A DNA stretch of 61,893 nt, filler included, from Sphacelaria rigidula (Eukaryota), in NCBI GenBank assembly GCA_964200075.2. It is 5 parts of 5 records of this genome, joined end to end, with 100 filler letters (N's around TTAATTAATTAA, not from the genome) between each part and the next. Parts side by side here need not be neighbours in the genome. Positions count along the whole stretch, not along the records: positions 37,200 to 49,496 come from CAXNAA020003908.1; positions 49,597 to 61,893 come from CAXNAA020003909.1; 3 more parts are not named here. The stretch is one strand, 5' to 3'. A program made the translations under genes and the position numbers. The notes beneath the pieces were generated by a model, which saw only the letters and a list, made by a program, of their open reading frames with translations, did not search any database and was not told where the DNA came from. Every line of letters starts with the position of its first letter. The stretch's first letter is position 1. This document shows, in pieces, positions 40,613 through 54,199 of the stretch.

Positions 40613-40712
40613 TCCTTAGACCGCGATGCGGGTAGTCACTCTGGACCACGCATACGTTTTCGAGTGAAATTGGTGCCGATCCAGCAGGTGACCTACGCTC
40701 GCGGTCGAAGGG
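40613..40712. mobile_element. ~100-bp piggyBac-like MITE
   Basis: CCTTAGACCGCGA...CTCGCGGTCGAAGGG followed by TTAA; same core as the other copies. Confidence 0.8.
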
Positions 40713-40840
40713 TTAAAACCACAGTACGCGTGTGATGTGCTTCATAACCAGTCGCATCGGCTCATCAATCTCTTCCCGCGAGGACACAATTGACGACCTC
40801 ACGACCATCTACTGATGGCAATGACTTTGTCGGATCCTTT

Positions 40841-41086
40841 TCAATTGAGTACTGTTCGAGTAAACTTCTCGACCGCCTTCCAAGAACCCTTTAAGAACAT
40901 CGGCGTCTCGAGCCGTTCCGGCTTGAGTCTGTCTCTTCGTTGCGTCATAATAACCCTACTCATTGCGCACAAGTACCTCCTCTGACGATGACGGCGCAGC
41001 CAGGGCGTCCCGAGCGACATGCGCCATGAGTAGGTACTTGTGCGCATTCAGCGCCCACCACTTGAGCGGTTTCTCGTTTATGGCCA
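40841..41086 (-). pseudogene. hAT transposase C-terminal dimerisation domain relic
   Basis: EKPLKWWALNAHKYLLMAHVARDALAAPSSS, then after a frame change MSRVIMTQRRDRLKPERLETPMFLKGSW. Flanked by ATCCG/CGGAT-rich subterminal-like clusters at ~40275-40345 and ~41135-41210. Confidence 0.88.
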
Positions 41087-42338
41087 GAGCATGTTCTATC
41101 ACAATGTCCAATACCAAGAATATAAAGAGATAAACATCCGCGGATGTTTTTCAAGCAGAGCGGCTTAGGATTGGAGTCAAGCGGGGCGGATATCCGGAGT
41201 CGACGGAGCGGAGCACATCTCTTTAGAGGAGGGGATACGCGGGGTCCCCGATCGTCAGAGAACGCTTCCCAGATCAACCATCATGCGCGTTTCAAGGAAT
41301 TTTCTAGATCGGGCAACAGGCCTGGAGGTAGGTGGAGTGGCCATTTGGGTGGTTCCGACTGTTGGAATGTTTGCCTACAACTCGCGCCAAGCGGTCTTAC
41401 TTCTGTTGCTGCCGACGAGGATATGTGATATGCCACCTATCCACCAGCGATTCAGCTTCCGACAATGAGCCAGACCTTTTTGATCGGGAAGAGGCGGGGG
41501 GGATTCAGCAGGAAATCCTCCCACTTGCTGGAAAATAGCTTGAGACGCGTATGGTACGACATTCGACAGGTATCACCACCTCCGCCCCCTCTTTCCCCCT
41601 CGCGAAACTATCAGATATCAACTTGCGGGGTCTGGGGGGATGGGTAAGAATGTGGATACCTCGGGTGGATGAGTACATTTGGGCCGCACCGGGCTCACAG
41701 TCCAAAGCGCTCAAGCAGCACGTGTTTCGACTGACAGTCGGCGCCTAGGGCGCCCGAATTGAGCTCTGCCAACGTCTACTTTGCCGAGGACATCGCACGC
41801 ACCCCTCTTCCCCGAGTTGTCTTGGGTTGGCGTTTGGTTTCGGTCTAGCCTCTCGGGGTTTGACAAAAGAAAACGAATGTTCATCGATGGATTTCGGAGG
41901 CCGGTGCGGGCCAACCCCCATTCAAGAAATGAGGTTCAAGATAAATTTGCCCGAAGAGACACAGGAAATTTCTGCCCCCACCATTTTCTATCACAAGACA
42001 CCAGCAACGGTCCTTTGCATGAGGCGAACAGACCACGGCAATCTTCTCGTTTCTACGCCATGTGTACCCCAATTTTGATGTAGTGCAAACCAGTTGCCGA
42101 TACGCGTAGCACGACGTGTTGTCCTCTGCACGAATTGCCGCTTTGTGACGAAACGAGCGGTTGATTTCGTGATGGTGGGAGGACAGTCGAGAAAGAAATC
42201 ACGTAAGAAGGAGGCCGGCACTATACATGTATGTGTATATAGATATGTATATGTATATATATATATATTGATGTGTGGCGCAGATCTCACGTAGTCAGAG
42301 GGGGATTTCTCCCTTTGTTCGTCGCTGCGCACCATTCA

Positions 42339-42608
42339 CCCTTTGACCGCGAGGGTAGTTAATCTGACAATGAAGTCATATTTCAAGTGCGAGTGATGCT
42401 GATTCAACAGATGACCTATGCTCGCGGTTAGAGGGATAAGCTGGTCAAGTAATCACTGGGCTACTCTGTCAGCTGTCAGTGGGTATTGTGACATGTTGGT
42501 GACAAGCGTACCCTTTGACAACGAGAATAGGCCATCTGTTGAATCGGCATCAATTTTACTTGAAAATATTATTCATGGTCCAGGTCGACGATCCTTGTTG
42601 TCTACGGG
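42339..42608. mobile_element. Two ~100-bp piggyBac-like MITEs (42339-42435 and 42511-42608)
   Basis: CCCTTTGACCGCGAG and CCCTTTGACAACGAG termini with the shared core. Further copies at ~48765-48860, ~49040-49130 and ~49754-49845. Confidence 0.75.
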
Positions 42609-44981
42609 TTTGGACAGTAGTCCCAGTTCGATTCTACCCACGATGATCATTCTGCGTCGATTTTCTTTGCGGTCGAAGAACAGCCAGAAAAAGCTCGAAA
42701 AAAACCCACAGATAAACCGTTCACGACAGGGATGAGGCCCCTGAGGCGACACGGGGGGCTCGATCTATAGGCTCAAAAGCTTGACGGACACTAATTACTT
42801 CCGCGAAGATGGTACAATAACCACGAGCTACTCGTACTCAGTCAGCGCGACTGAGAGTCGATTGCAGTGGTTATAGTACCTTCTTGGTTTACACGTACAA
42901 CCTGGATTTTCCCCAAGAGAGGCATGGTCCAGTGAAGCCAATCTGAGGAAGAAAAACGCCTGTAACGTGCTCTTCAAACACCCCAAATAGCATGCATTCC
43001 ATATCTACGATCAACCCTGTCTTCATCATGAGGGAGTCGAGTCATGTGCAAGATTCGTCAGTCTGAAATCTCGAACGGTGAATCTCTCGATTGATATCCC
43101 ATAATAGTCTTCTTGGGCTAGCGCGTACCCCCGCCTTCAAACGGGGCGCTCTGCAGATCGGGTAGGTGGCTCTATCGTCAGATGAAGCATCACCGTATTG
43201 CTTGTAACATTTTGACATTTCAATTCATTGCCACCCAAGATCCGTATTTGAGACCCCCCCAGACATTTGCCCGGCTTGTGTTGAAAGTACGAGATTTTTT
43301 TGCACATTCGCGCGTTTGCGTATCTAACGAACAACCCTAGATACGTATCACGACGCTACACCCCAACCTTACATTTATGAAGGGATTTGTATTCCCGATG
43401 AACAAGTGAGGAATGGTGGGTCAGTTCTGTGCCATCGACGGCAGAAGTAAAGACTTCTCGTCGTGGCCAAATATGCCGTATTTGCTGGGTCATGATGCCT
43501 CCATCGATGCGCTATTCCATGAAGATGATGAGTTTTGTCCGCGTCCAGACAAGTACAAGCATCCTGCCATTCACTGTGGGGTGCTGATCTCGTCGATGAT
43601 ATCTCAATAGACAAGGGATGGTTCCGACGCGCAGTGTCACAGAATTTTACACTCTCGAACAAGTCAAGTTTGCAGACTGCTCCTCTGTAACCTTTGCCTT
43701 TGAGGCAATGACTTTCCTGTAACGTTGTTCGACAACACAACTATCGATCATGACAGGCGCATGATCCACAACAGCCACATACTTATGGCCGGCGACAGGT
43801 GACGGAGTGTCTTTTTATTGACGCGAGCGATGAGTCAAGAAGGAAGTGGAGAAACATGTATGCGCCCAGTCAGGTGATGGGTGTGCGTCGTCTCATTCAG
43901 CCACAACCCGTACAGCTAGACTCCTGGACGGACGAATGATCCCGCCTTCGTATATAGCTAAAAGCAATGGCGAAGCTCATCGTGGGGTACGGTTGTTGTT
44001 CGAGTGAGTAAAAATCCAACGGCACTCGCCTTCGCGCGAGCCCGCAACCCGAGACCATTCGCTCTCACCTCAATCAAGTCATCAGTCAAGGGCTACTACC
44101 AGCTACATTGAGATTGGATGTTGCGTACTCGCCAGGCTGACAGGGTCTTGTGAAGCCGTGCTGTGCAATCATCGGGGGAAGGCAGAAAAGCAGTAGTTCG
44201 ACATTTTCCCGAGCGAACACTCCGAGGTCGTGGGGGTACATCTTTCCCAGACCATAATATATGTTTGGTGCAGATTCATTGAAGAAAATCTCCCGTAATC
44301 CTGTGGTCGCGATTAGGGGCCCTCGGAGGAACATACGATACCTATACTCGTACGGCCACGCGATTATTCGATTGGTATTACCGTTGCCATTTCCTGCCAA
44401 AGGGTATGACATTCAACCTAAAATGTCACACACTTTGTTTCCTGCACACGTCACCCCTTGATATCCGAACGGCAAACATACCTCTTCTGTCTGTCTGGAC
44501 CGTCTGGACTGACCGTAACCGTGTGTCGGTTACGAAACTGTAAAAAATCATCTTCGGTATTATTGCCAGGACATTGCAAGTAGCGACGATGACATTACAT
44601 CCAGCACAGTCCACCTTCTCTGGCACGCTTCCCAGGCACACTTCTCTGCATGATATTGTTGAGCAGCCCCTCCCAGGACACGCTTGTATACCTCAGTAGT
44701 ATTCACTCTACTATACCAAAGTGTCATATATTAGTACTGACTGTAGTTCAAGAGTACCGCAAGAAGAAAGCCACGACTTCATTTCAACTCCGAGGCAGTC
44801 ATCATCCAATTTCCCATTTTTTTTTTCTTCCCGAGCGTGAAACATTTTTGCAACACTAGTAATCGAAAACAACAGCTGAGATCTCTATCGGACGAGAGCA
44901 CTTCAAGAGGGCGCTGGGCTAGCTTGTCGTGCCGTGCCGTCGCGTGAACGCACACCCCCTTTCACCTCACCAACAGAGGAG

Positions 44982-47900
44982 ATGTCTGGTTTCACGGAAC
45001 CTCCCGCCATGGAAGGTAGGACATATATATCTATTTGTATTGGTTCGTCGCAGCCGTGGGTAGCCCAGCATGATCATGACGATGCGTCTCTTGATGGTGT
45101 GAGTTGACGGATGTGCTGAGCTGCACCCTGTTTTTGAACAGACGGTTATTTACAGTTGTCCTGGATATACTGTTTCAAGACAAAGGAGAGAGAGAGCCAC
45201 AACGCCCGCGCTATGCCAGAGGGTTGCTGCTTTCCTCCGCCCCTGACGAAGGTGCCATCGTACGCCGTGTATTACCAGGCAGTGTCGTCAGTGCGGCGGG
45301 GGGGGGCAGCATCTCCACAGCAGGCCTTGTAGCACCGGCAGCGATTGGTGCACCCAAAGGTATTGCATACCACTTTTTTCATATGGGCGCACACAAGCCA
45401 ATTTGGGCGAAACTCATTTTTGTATCACAGAGAAGTGGGGCAAAAATCATACCTAACCGCTTCATGTAGTCGAGGCGAAGCAGCAAAGGTTGTAGAACTG
45501 TTCGACCGATGGGGACGCATATCCGACGGAATCGTCGTGAGCAGGGGTGTCGGGTGCCTGCAGCCTGTCGGGGGGTCGTGGGAGGGAGTGGGGGTTAGTG
45601 TTGTTGGCGGGCGGGTGCACCGCGGGCGGGCTGGCGTTACTGGGTATAGGTGGCTAGCTGAGTGTAAGTACGTTGCAGCTTTTGGATCTGAAGTGTAGTG
45701 TGTTCGCGCGCATGTTTAGCTTTGGTTGGGGACGTCTGCAAGGGGAGTTTTTGTGTGTGCATCCGGCTATCTTCGTCTGCAAATGCGGTCGGCATTGTAA
45801 TCCTCGGGGCCGAATCAGCGAATCAGATGCACGACTAGGGAAGAGATGAAGGGTTATGCAAGAGTAGATGAAATTGTGTGCCTCATGACAAGTCCGTCCG
45901 ATGAACAACCAATAAACAAATGCCAAACTGCAACAGCGAGTACTGCGACTGTTTACTCTATGGTCCTCTTCATAACTGTCTGTAATGTGTATCGTACAGA
46001 ACGGTCTGTACTGACTGTACAACAGTACAGATACGATTACTTCTACCGTCCTTGATTTATTCGACTTTTAGTTCTGGTGAAATAAACATGACTTGCTTCC
46101 TGTCGAACTTTCCACCTGATTTTTACTCCCTTCGCAGAATCATGTTTTGCTGCGTGCAGACGCAATCACCCCCCCCCAAATAATCCCCCCGCGGAGCACA
46201 CTACGACCGGCCTATAATCGTAGGTGTCGCCACACATATACCCCTATCCCCTCACCCGCAATCGAACGCTTTTGTTTCCCCCCTGATATTGTGCAAAAAA
46301 TCAGCGGCTAGGGGCCCCTGAAGACGTTTTGCCTCATCACGACATGCGACAAAAGCCCACACACCGAACATGCGCTCGTTCCCCTTATTTATGGGCACAC
46401 GATCCATAAGGAATCAATGGTATCCCCTCCCATCCGCCCACCCGAGCGAACGCACGTTCCCCACTTCTCTCCCCTGCTGTCACAGTTGATCTTGGCAACT
46501 TACACTATAATATTGGCGAGAGGGGGACTGGGAAAAGCAGATATTTGATATATTCCCGAGGGGAGGTGGCGTTGTTTGGTAACATTACTGTGCTGTGCTT
46601 TCCATGGATGTTGAATGAGATTTGGAGACGATTACACTGTCGTGCCGCATCTACGCTGCATGTCGCAACACGCCCCCCCCCCCTCCCCTTCTCCCTTCCT
46701 ATACTCCCTCACCCACTTCTACCAATGGGATGCTGATCTTCGTTGTTGTGTTACTCGCGCACCGCTCGTTGTCGTTGTTGCCGTCGGCGCCATCGTCGTT
46801 TCTGGTTTTATTTTTGTACAATTGAAACAGCAGCCGGTCCCGTAAGCAGCAGTACTGTTTTTGTGGGCAATCTCTCGTGGGGCACCACCAGCGAGGACCT
46901 CCGAACGTTCATGTCATCCTTGGGCGAGGTGGTGTCGGCTGAGGTTCAAAGTCACACCGACTCCGGCAGATCAAAGGGCTGGGGGTAAGTTTCATCACGC
47001 AGTTGGGGTTATCAAGGTAGCATCACCTCACTCTCGGTACTGGCTCAGTGCGAATATCTCCACTCAAGCTATAGATTTGAGGAAGGACAGCGGCCTCAGA
47101 GGTTGAACAAGTCGGGGGGGTGGCAATCATGAGCGTGTAGTGTGTGGGCGGGAAATGTTGCTGACGTGTGCTACGACGAAAGACTTCGATTACTACAGTT
47201 GTATATGTAATGTTTTTGTTTTTGAAACTGCAACATGGTGCGGGCTCCCAAAGTTTTCTACTTTGTTTTTTTCGTCGGTTGGCTGTCGTTTTACCCAAAC
47301 GAACGTGGGCCTGTCGCGTCCACTCCTGCGTCTCTTATGTACGTTTGCACTGGCAACTGCGCTTTGTAGTAGACGGTGCTCTACAGTATAATATTGCAGT
47401 CTGATGTCCTCAGGGACGGCATGAGGCATCCACCTTCGCACATGTACTTTAGACAGAACAGGCAGTACACTTCCAAAAACGGTCTACCACTTTGTATCGA
47501 ACCAGATGCCAATATAAATATGCATCTAATCTAATATGTAAGTACTCCAAGTTGTCCCCCATTGTTCGTGTTGATGCTTGTTGATGATGGAGTAGGGGAG
47601 GGAAGAAGAAGCTGGGACAACTAGCTCCCTTTCCCCCCTCCGACACGCTTGCAACAGTCGCGATTAATCCCCAACCTTTGGCCCTTGCTGGGCACCGCTT
47701 GTATGACAACAATGATTGCACGAAAGTTCGTATGTACGTGAAGAAACCCAGAATGGTGGTGCCTGGCCCCAGGTGCATTACAGAGCACAGTATAATACAC
47801 CTCTGCAGTGCCGCCGTGCCTGACGCCAGGTTCGACATAGGTGAGACAAGACTGGGCATTGCTGCAATGACTCGACGGTTTTGTGGCTGGACAAAGTAGT

Positions 47901-48297
47901 GCTTTCTTGAGCGCATCGTCACACACATCAGCAGTGTACAATGTGACCCTTAGCGCTCACGAGCGGACTTGAACACCTGGTCGTGACACTCATCTTCGAA
48001 GCGAAAATGATGTCGATCGATAAATTCAACACTTGTGGTCCCTAGACGGCTTGTGGAAGTGCGGTCAGTATATGAGCTTCACGTATCGGCGATGCTTTGT
48101 CATGTTTTGAAACGTCGCGTGTTTGCCTCCCTGCCTTGGACGGTCGGTACTGCTCTCGAAACCAAGACTGGTTACTTACGCCGACCCGGCTATTGCGGAG
48201 GCGGCAATCGAACAGCTCAACAACGTCGAGCTCGGCGGCCGGCCGATTCACATCCGACTCGACAGGAAAGAGGTGGAAGCAAGTGGAGGCTTTCCTG
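44982..48297 (+). CDS. RRM RNA-binding protein (Gbp1/Gbp2-Hrb1-like), 5' part, 3 exons
   Basis: Exons 44982-45015 (MSGFTEPPAME, donor GTAGGA), 46831-46984 (RNP2 VFVGNLSW...SGRSKGWG, donor GTAAGT) and 48167-48297 (LVTYADPAIAEAAIEQLNNVELGGRPIHIRLDR...GGFP, donor GTACGT). Phases are compatible and RNP1 KGWGLVTY forms across the exon 2/3 junction. Exon 1 is less certain than exons 2-3; the family assignment is by resemblance. Confidence 0.88.
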
Positions 48298-49496
48298 GTA
48301 CGTGAGGGGGGGGGTCTGTATTACTATACAAACGTACGAGTACTCATGTGGGGTCGACCGTTAATCGTTGGGCGTTGTCGGTGGTGGGTTGGGGGCAGAG
48401 AGGTACAAGAGGAACTCCGCCTCAAATCGACAAAGATATTTCTCGTTTCAAAATGGCCGATACGGTTGCTTGTTGTGCACCCCCTTCGTGGTTTCGCAAG
48501 ATCCTGAGAGTTTTGGAATACTTCCACATGTATATTAACCGTAAAACGTCACTAGTGGTGAACGATGGATCAACGCTTAGTTTCTTAGCACGTCCAGCAC
48601 CACCCAGGTCTTGGCGTACCAGCACCATTCCAGATATAGAACCGTAACTGTGTCATCCTCGTGAGTCTCTCAACAAAAAATAGTAGGATACGATGCACTA
48701 CCGTCCTCAGAAGCTTTTCCCTCTTTTCTGGAAAAAATTATGAACTGAGTTCAATGGAAATCCAGTGTTGGACAGCGAGAGTAGGTCATCTGTTGAATCG
48801 GCATCAATTTCACCCGGAAAAAGTAGGCATGATCCAGATAGACTCCCCTCGCGATCCTCGAAATCAAGAGAGGTGATCGATGCCGACCCGTCTGAGTACT
48901 AATTATTACTCTTCTCGTGGACGACAACGTATGCTGCTTCACCTTGTCGAGGATGTCATCAATAAATGTCCTCTCCCATACTGAAAGGTCCCGTTCCTTG
49001 TGGATACACCTTGGTTAACCCCTGCACGTCAGTGCATCGCAATTATCCTTGTCCTCCTTCCCATCGGCATGAGTTTCATTTGAAAAATGATTATGAAGCC
49101 TAGACGACCCACGCTGGCGGTCAAAGGGTTATGCTGTTCCCGATATTTCGTCCGCTGACAGTCCTGCGAGTTATTGAAAGATAGTTTTTGTAGGCGTTGA
49201 TGGACGCCGAAAGGACACGGCCACTGAGCAGAAGATACCCGAAATAAGAGATTTCGGCCGAAAGGCATGCAGCAGCATATTTCCATGGTGGAGCGATATG
49301 GGCGCACCTCCCGACCCTGATCCGGGAAAAACCCGGTGTGCTCCGTCCCACCTTTGTAGGGATGCGAGGTCAGAGTCATTGTGACTACTGCATGCGAGAT
49401 CGCGAGTATACCCCCCCCCCCCCCCCCCCCCCCCCCACCCCACCACGCGCCCACCCCCAACGCTTCGCGCACTCCGCTCCCACACTAGCATAAGAC

Positions 49497-49596
49497 NNNN
49501 NNNNNNNNNNNNNNNNNNNNNNNNNNNNNNNNNNNNNNNNTTAATTAATTAANNNNNNNNNNNNNNNNNNNNNNNNNNNNNNNNNNNNNNNNNNNN
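49497..49596. other. Artificial contig linker
   Basis: Same N44-TTAATTAATTAA-N44 spacer. Confidence 0.98.
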
Positions 49597-49667
49597 GTCT
49601 AACTCCAAATATTGCCCGGCGCATCCGCCTGCAAACTTTCATGCAGCCTCTAGGCTGGCCCAGCTCG
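49597..49667 (-). mobile_element. Terminus of the same TA-flanked element
   Basis: ...GGCTGGCCCAGCTCG followed by TA. Confidence 0.7.
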
Positions 49668-49974
49668 TAGTTCAAGATAGTCCTCGGAAATTTACGGCTC
49701 GTGGACAGGTGTAGTATTGGATCTTAGTCTAGAAACCAAATCCGGATCTTTGATCCCTTGACCTCGAGGGTAGATCACCTGCTGAATCGGCATCAATTTT
49801 CACATGAAAAAAGTATACGTGATCCAGATAGACTACCCTACCCTGCTCCTGACGTGCTCCTAGCGTGCGCAGAACGCGTTGCGCCTTCAACACCGATTTG
49901 AGGTCTGGCAACGCATACTCCGCCTAGGGAACACGCCACACACCCCGTGCCCGAGGATTCTCAGTATGTCTTCG

Positions 49975-50016
49975 TTGGGGTTGGGGTTAGGGTTAGGGTT
50001 AGGGTTAGGGTTGGGG
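49975..50016 (+). repeat. Interstitial telomere-like (TTAGGG/TTGGGG)n tract
   Basis: Four TTAGGG units flanked by TTGGGG variants. Confidence 0.85.
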
Positions 50017-52067
50017 TAAGTAAGTGTTCTTCGAAATGCATCAGCACCTGCGCAAACCATAATTTTCCGAGAAATATCTGTCAACTACCAAGTAGTGAAG
50101 TCACCTCGATTTCGAGTATGATGTACTGTACATCATCCTTGTACATGGGCACGGAACGCTGGGCCGTGGCTGGGCTTCTCACTCAAGACTCCGGTTTGGA
50201 GGATGATTCTTGGCAGGCAGCGGCAACTTCTGTGTGTCCAGGTGCCCCTTGGAGCAGGATGCGTTTGGTGTCCGCTTGACGAAGTTATCCCCCCAAAAAA
50301 ACGAAATCGATAAGGGTTTTAGACTGGAAAAGTCTAGCAAAAACACTATCGCAAGGACCCGATCGCAAGAATCACGACGCAAAAAAAAGTCGCAAGGGTC
50401 CGATCGCAAGAATCACGACTCAAGAATCACGACGCAAAAACGGAGTCGCAAGAAGCCTCCCAGTCGAATTTTTACCCGCAGCAGAAACCAACTTCACTTT
50501 GTGAAACTGGGAAAAGAACGAAATCAATCGGGGTTTGAGAGTGGAAAAATCTAGCAAAATAGAAAAACAAAATGTCGCAAAAAATGAATCGAAGAAATTC
50601 TGTCGCAAAAATCCTGTCGCAAAAAACCGGTTTGTCGAATTTTGACCCGCAGCAGAAATCAATTTCACTTTTCGAAATTCGAATACGCACGTACTGCACT
50701 TCGAAATCACGAAGTGCATATATCGTAATGGATTTCATTTCTCCGCCATTCGTAGTGCAGCGTTGCAGCCAACCAAGCTGTAAACCGAGAAAAATTGCGC
50801 GGGGATAATTAGTGAGAGGTGGGCGTGAACCTGATGATCGTTTTGCGTCGTTTTCACCAAAGTGAGGCTGTATTCCACGACGAACTTATTCTTGGAATGA
50901 CCCGGATATCCATGGAAAAGCTATTACATATTTCAGCCATGCAGAAGTACTGCAGGAATTTGTACTTACACGAACAGATAGGTGCAAAGTACCACAACGG
51001 ATACTAACGCACTGGGCTACATGATGCGCACGACAGAAATGGAGTAGAACGAACCTCCGCGGTACAGCAAGCTGTACAAATATATCAACAGTAAATCAAT
51101 CTCGCACGGCCGTTGGATGAAGGGTAAAATAAAAAGCAAATACCTCAACGCCGAAGGAGGCGAGCACACAGAGGAGCTCTCTCACGAACGCAGCTTCGAC
51201 ACACTCAACTAACCATAACTTTCCGCCGCCAATTCTCGGCACAACACAGTGGGCGCCGGAAAATTATCAAGGAGCGCGCCGGGGAAAGGACCTTCGTAAA
51301 CGTGATTTCATCGACAGTTACAATGATGTTGACCACCACAGATGTTTGAACTGGCCTAGCTCCGCAAAATCGTTCCAGAGATCGCGTTTAGGGATAAGTA
51401 GCGACGTAGGTGTCGAAACAGTCGTGTTTCAGAGGTACTTGAAGGCAACTCCGCAAACTTCTCGGTCCAGATGTGAATAAACCGTTTGGTGCGGTCATCT
51501 ACCGCTTCGCAAAAAAGGCAACAGCAAAAAAAAACATGGCCAACAACAAAATGCATCACCGAAATACCGACAACAGCAAAGGGCGCCCTCACAAGAGCTC
51601 CATATACTCAAAAATACACTAGATGAACCTAAGGCGCTTGTGCACCATACTCAGCAAATTTCAAATCCCCTGGGCTACCTGAACAAAGCACTACCCCTAG
51701 CCATCTCCAAACACCGCCACGGGACCTGCGCTGAATGTGAACAACGCGTCAGACCCCAGCACTGTGAGCTACACATACCTGTACAGAAGTCATCCCGTCC
51801 TCCCCACTGGACGGTTATCGGTTGGATGCGGCATGGGGTCTTGCTACGGTGCACTCGTTAAGGGTGCGAGGTCCCGCTACAGTGCGGTCGAAATCTAAAA
51901 TGTATCTCTTGCATTTTCTTGATACTCTAGATTCAATGCACCACCACAATTTTTAATCAACACGGTAAAAAAAAAATCTATTCGCGTAATGACCGCGGAG
52001 AAACGTTATAATCCTGACTGAATCGGAGAGTGATTTCGACGACGCTTGAAAAAAACAACTGAACCTG

Positions 52068-53006
52068 CTAATCCGTGTGCCTCTCGAGGAAGTCGTTGAA
52101 CCTTTGACAGTATGTCTGCGGATCTACACACGAAATCTCCGCACGGTCGTGCGCCAGGGATTTGAAGAACGTTTCTCCGTGCTTTCTGGCGTTATATTCC
52201 TGTCCATTTGCCATCACCCGAGAAAAAGATAATAATAAACAGCAGGAAAAGCACGCGCATCAAAGATAACGGCACGAATACGTTAGAACGAACAAACGGT
52301 ATCATATCTCAGTATCTTGCACCTCGGCATCCATCAGCCAATGTCCTCAGGGTCCCAACCAACACGTGCCACCAGCTACTACACCCATCCGGCCTTCAAA
52401 CCGACGGGCTTTTGTTATGAATCCCGACGATCACGCGATTAATGTGGTTGACGATACACAAACGGGTTGACCAGGACTCACCAGCAACAGAAGGGGGAAT
52501 GAGCGATTTGACGCTAATCTTGATGCCTGCCGGGATAGCCAGGTGTTCTACGACAAGATGATCATTTCGTGACATCCTAACTGCCAGTCATGCAATTCGG
52601 GCAAAATATGCCCCGCCTCCCCAACTATCTTGAATGATATCGGCAACAAAGCACCCGACAACAAACGCTTCGCCCTGCAGCACCAACACCAGCACCAACA
52701 GCACCAGCGGTAGTAGCAGCAAGAGCGGAAGTATGCCTCGACGTACTACCATCGGCTGATACGCTCGTGAGCCTTGTTCAGGGACCCCGCATCCCGAAAC
52801 CAGGCAAGTGCCTGTGCAACAACAACAACGATGTTAATGCGTGAAGCATAAATAACTTCACCTGAAGGATATCGATGATGCCCATAAAGTAGATGTCCTT
52901 TCCCCTTTTTCCAGACACTTGCGAGTCCAGCCCTCCATCTCCACGTCGCCGAACAGCACAGGAAACCCCACTCTCCGGGGGCGCCAACCGAGGCTCTGGT
53001 CTTGGG
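52068..53006 (-). CDS. Phosphatidylinositol phosphate kinase (PIP5K family), last two coding exons
   Basis: Exon 53006-52862 ends DIYFMGIIDILQ. Exon 52199-52068 reads EYNARKHGETFFKSLAHDRAEISCVDPQTYCQRFNDFLERHTD*. Together they give the PIPK C-terminal GIIDILQxY and ISxVxPxxYxxRF motifs, joined by a phase-0 GT-AG intron. Confidence 0.92.
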
Positions 53007-53787
53007 CTGCCGACGAAAGTAAGTCGAAAAGGACAAAACAAATGAAAACAGACACAGAAACAAGAAACACGATGAACGTCTCCACAATTTGAATCTCTCA
53101 GTGGACCTTTCAAAATACTGCAGTCGTTTTCGTACGGTCACAGTCAAGGAAATTTTTACAACGGTTACTTGTATCGCATGGCATCGTGGCAGGATGAAGC
53201 GGGATAAGACCAGAGCAATCGTAGAACCTTCGGTTACACAGTATTATTGGGCAATAGGTACTGCCGGGAAGAGAGTTGGTGTACAAGCAAGACGCTGCGA
53301 AGTTACACGATTCCCGCAGTCTGATCATGTCACGAGAGTTGCACAACAAGCGAGTGAATCAATACGAGACTCCTGACGTGAAATTTCATGATACCATAAT
53401 ACCGGCGGGATTTCCGTCAACAACATTCGACGTAAAAGCAACAGAGTTTCTTACTCTAGCATTTCCAACAGGAAATAGCAAGCGCATTGAACACCCACAG
53501 GAAGTTCAAAATTGCAACCGCTTGGCATCTGGGGCTCGTCTCATGGACACAGCAGCCCTGGCACATCAAGGCTCAGCACCAGACGAAATTGGCATGGGAT
53601 GTTGCTGGCGAAAAACGTGCAGCGGCACATCTGAACCGTTCGCCTCATTGGCCACGTAGCAAGTAGAAATCGCAGCATGCACTGCAAAACAACACATTGT
53701 ACACAACGTGGCGCAGAGATTAGACAGAAGTACCAAGACGAGGATAACTAAAGCCGATTACACACTGTGACATGCTCCGCTGCTTAC

Positions 53788-53922
53788 TTTTCAACCTCCA
53801 GCTTATCAGTAGCGAATACCTCTACACCATCGAAAGGCCTCGTGCACAGATAGGCGACTACAAGATGGAAGAAGAACGCCTCGGCGTCACTGACAAAGCC
53901 GTCTGTTTGGGGATATGTACAC
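53788..53922 (-). CDS. Putative upstream exon of the PIP5K gene (insert region)
   Basis: TTCTCAG acceptor and GTAAGC donor, 135 nt; the only open frame is phase 2-2, matching the next exon. No recognisable motif. Confidence 0.5.
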
Positions 53923-54199
53923 CTGAGAAGTGAATCATGCGTCCGTGTATATGAAAAATAAACAGCAGACACTTATCAACATGTAATCCATGTACTTGGT
54001 CGAGTAACGCTGACAACTCAACAACAAATACGGCGCTAGTGACAGGTACACCTGCAACTAGCGCGAGCGGCAGACCAGGTATGAGCTATTTTCTTCGTCT
54101 TTCTATTCAACCTGCCTCGACCAAAAGGCCCACACCATAATCGTTCCTTACATATTCATGTTTTCTTGACAGGAGAAGCAGCAGAGAGAGCTAATTTAG

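Noticed and set aside
41827-42078. Possible Gypsy pol pre-RT remnant (GPTPIQEMRFKINLPEETQEISAP)
   Set aside because: Only a vague resemblance, with no RT motifs following.
44982-50016. Possible telomere-binding-like RRM gene next to TTAGGG repeats as a functional unit
   Set aside because: They are on different contigs separated by a linker, so the adjacency is meaningless.
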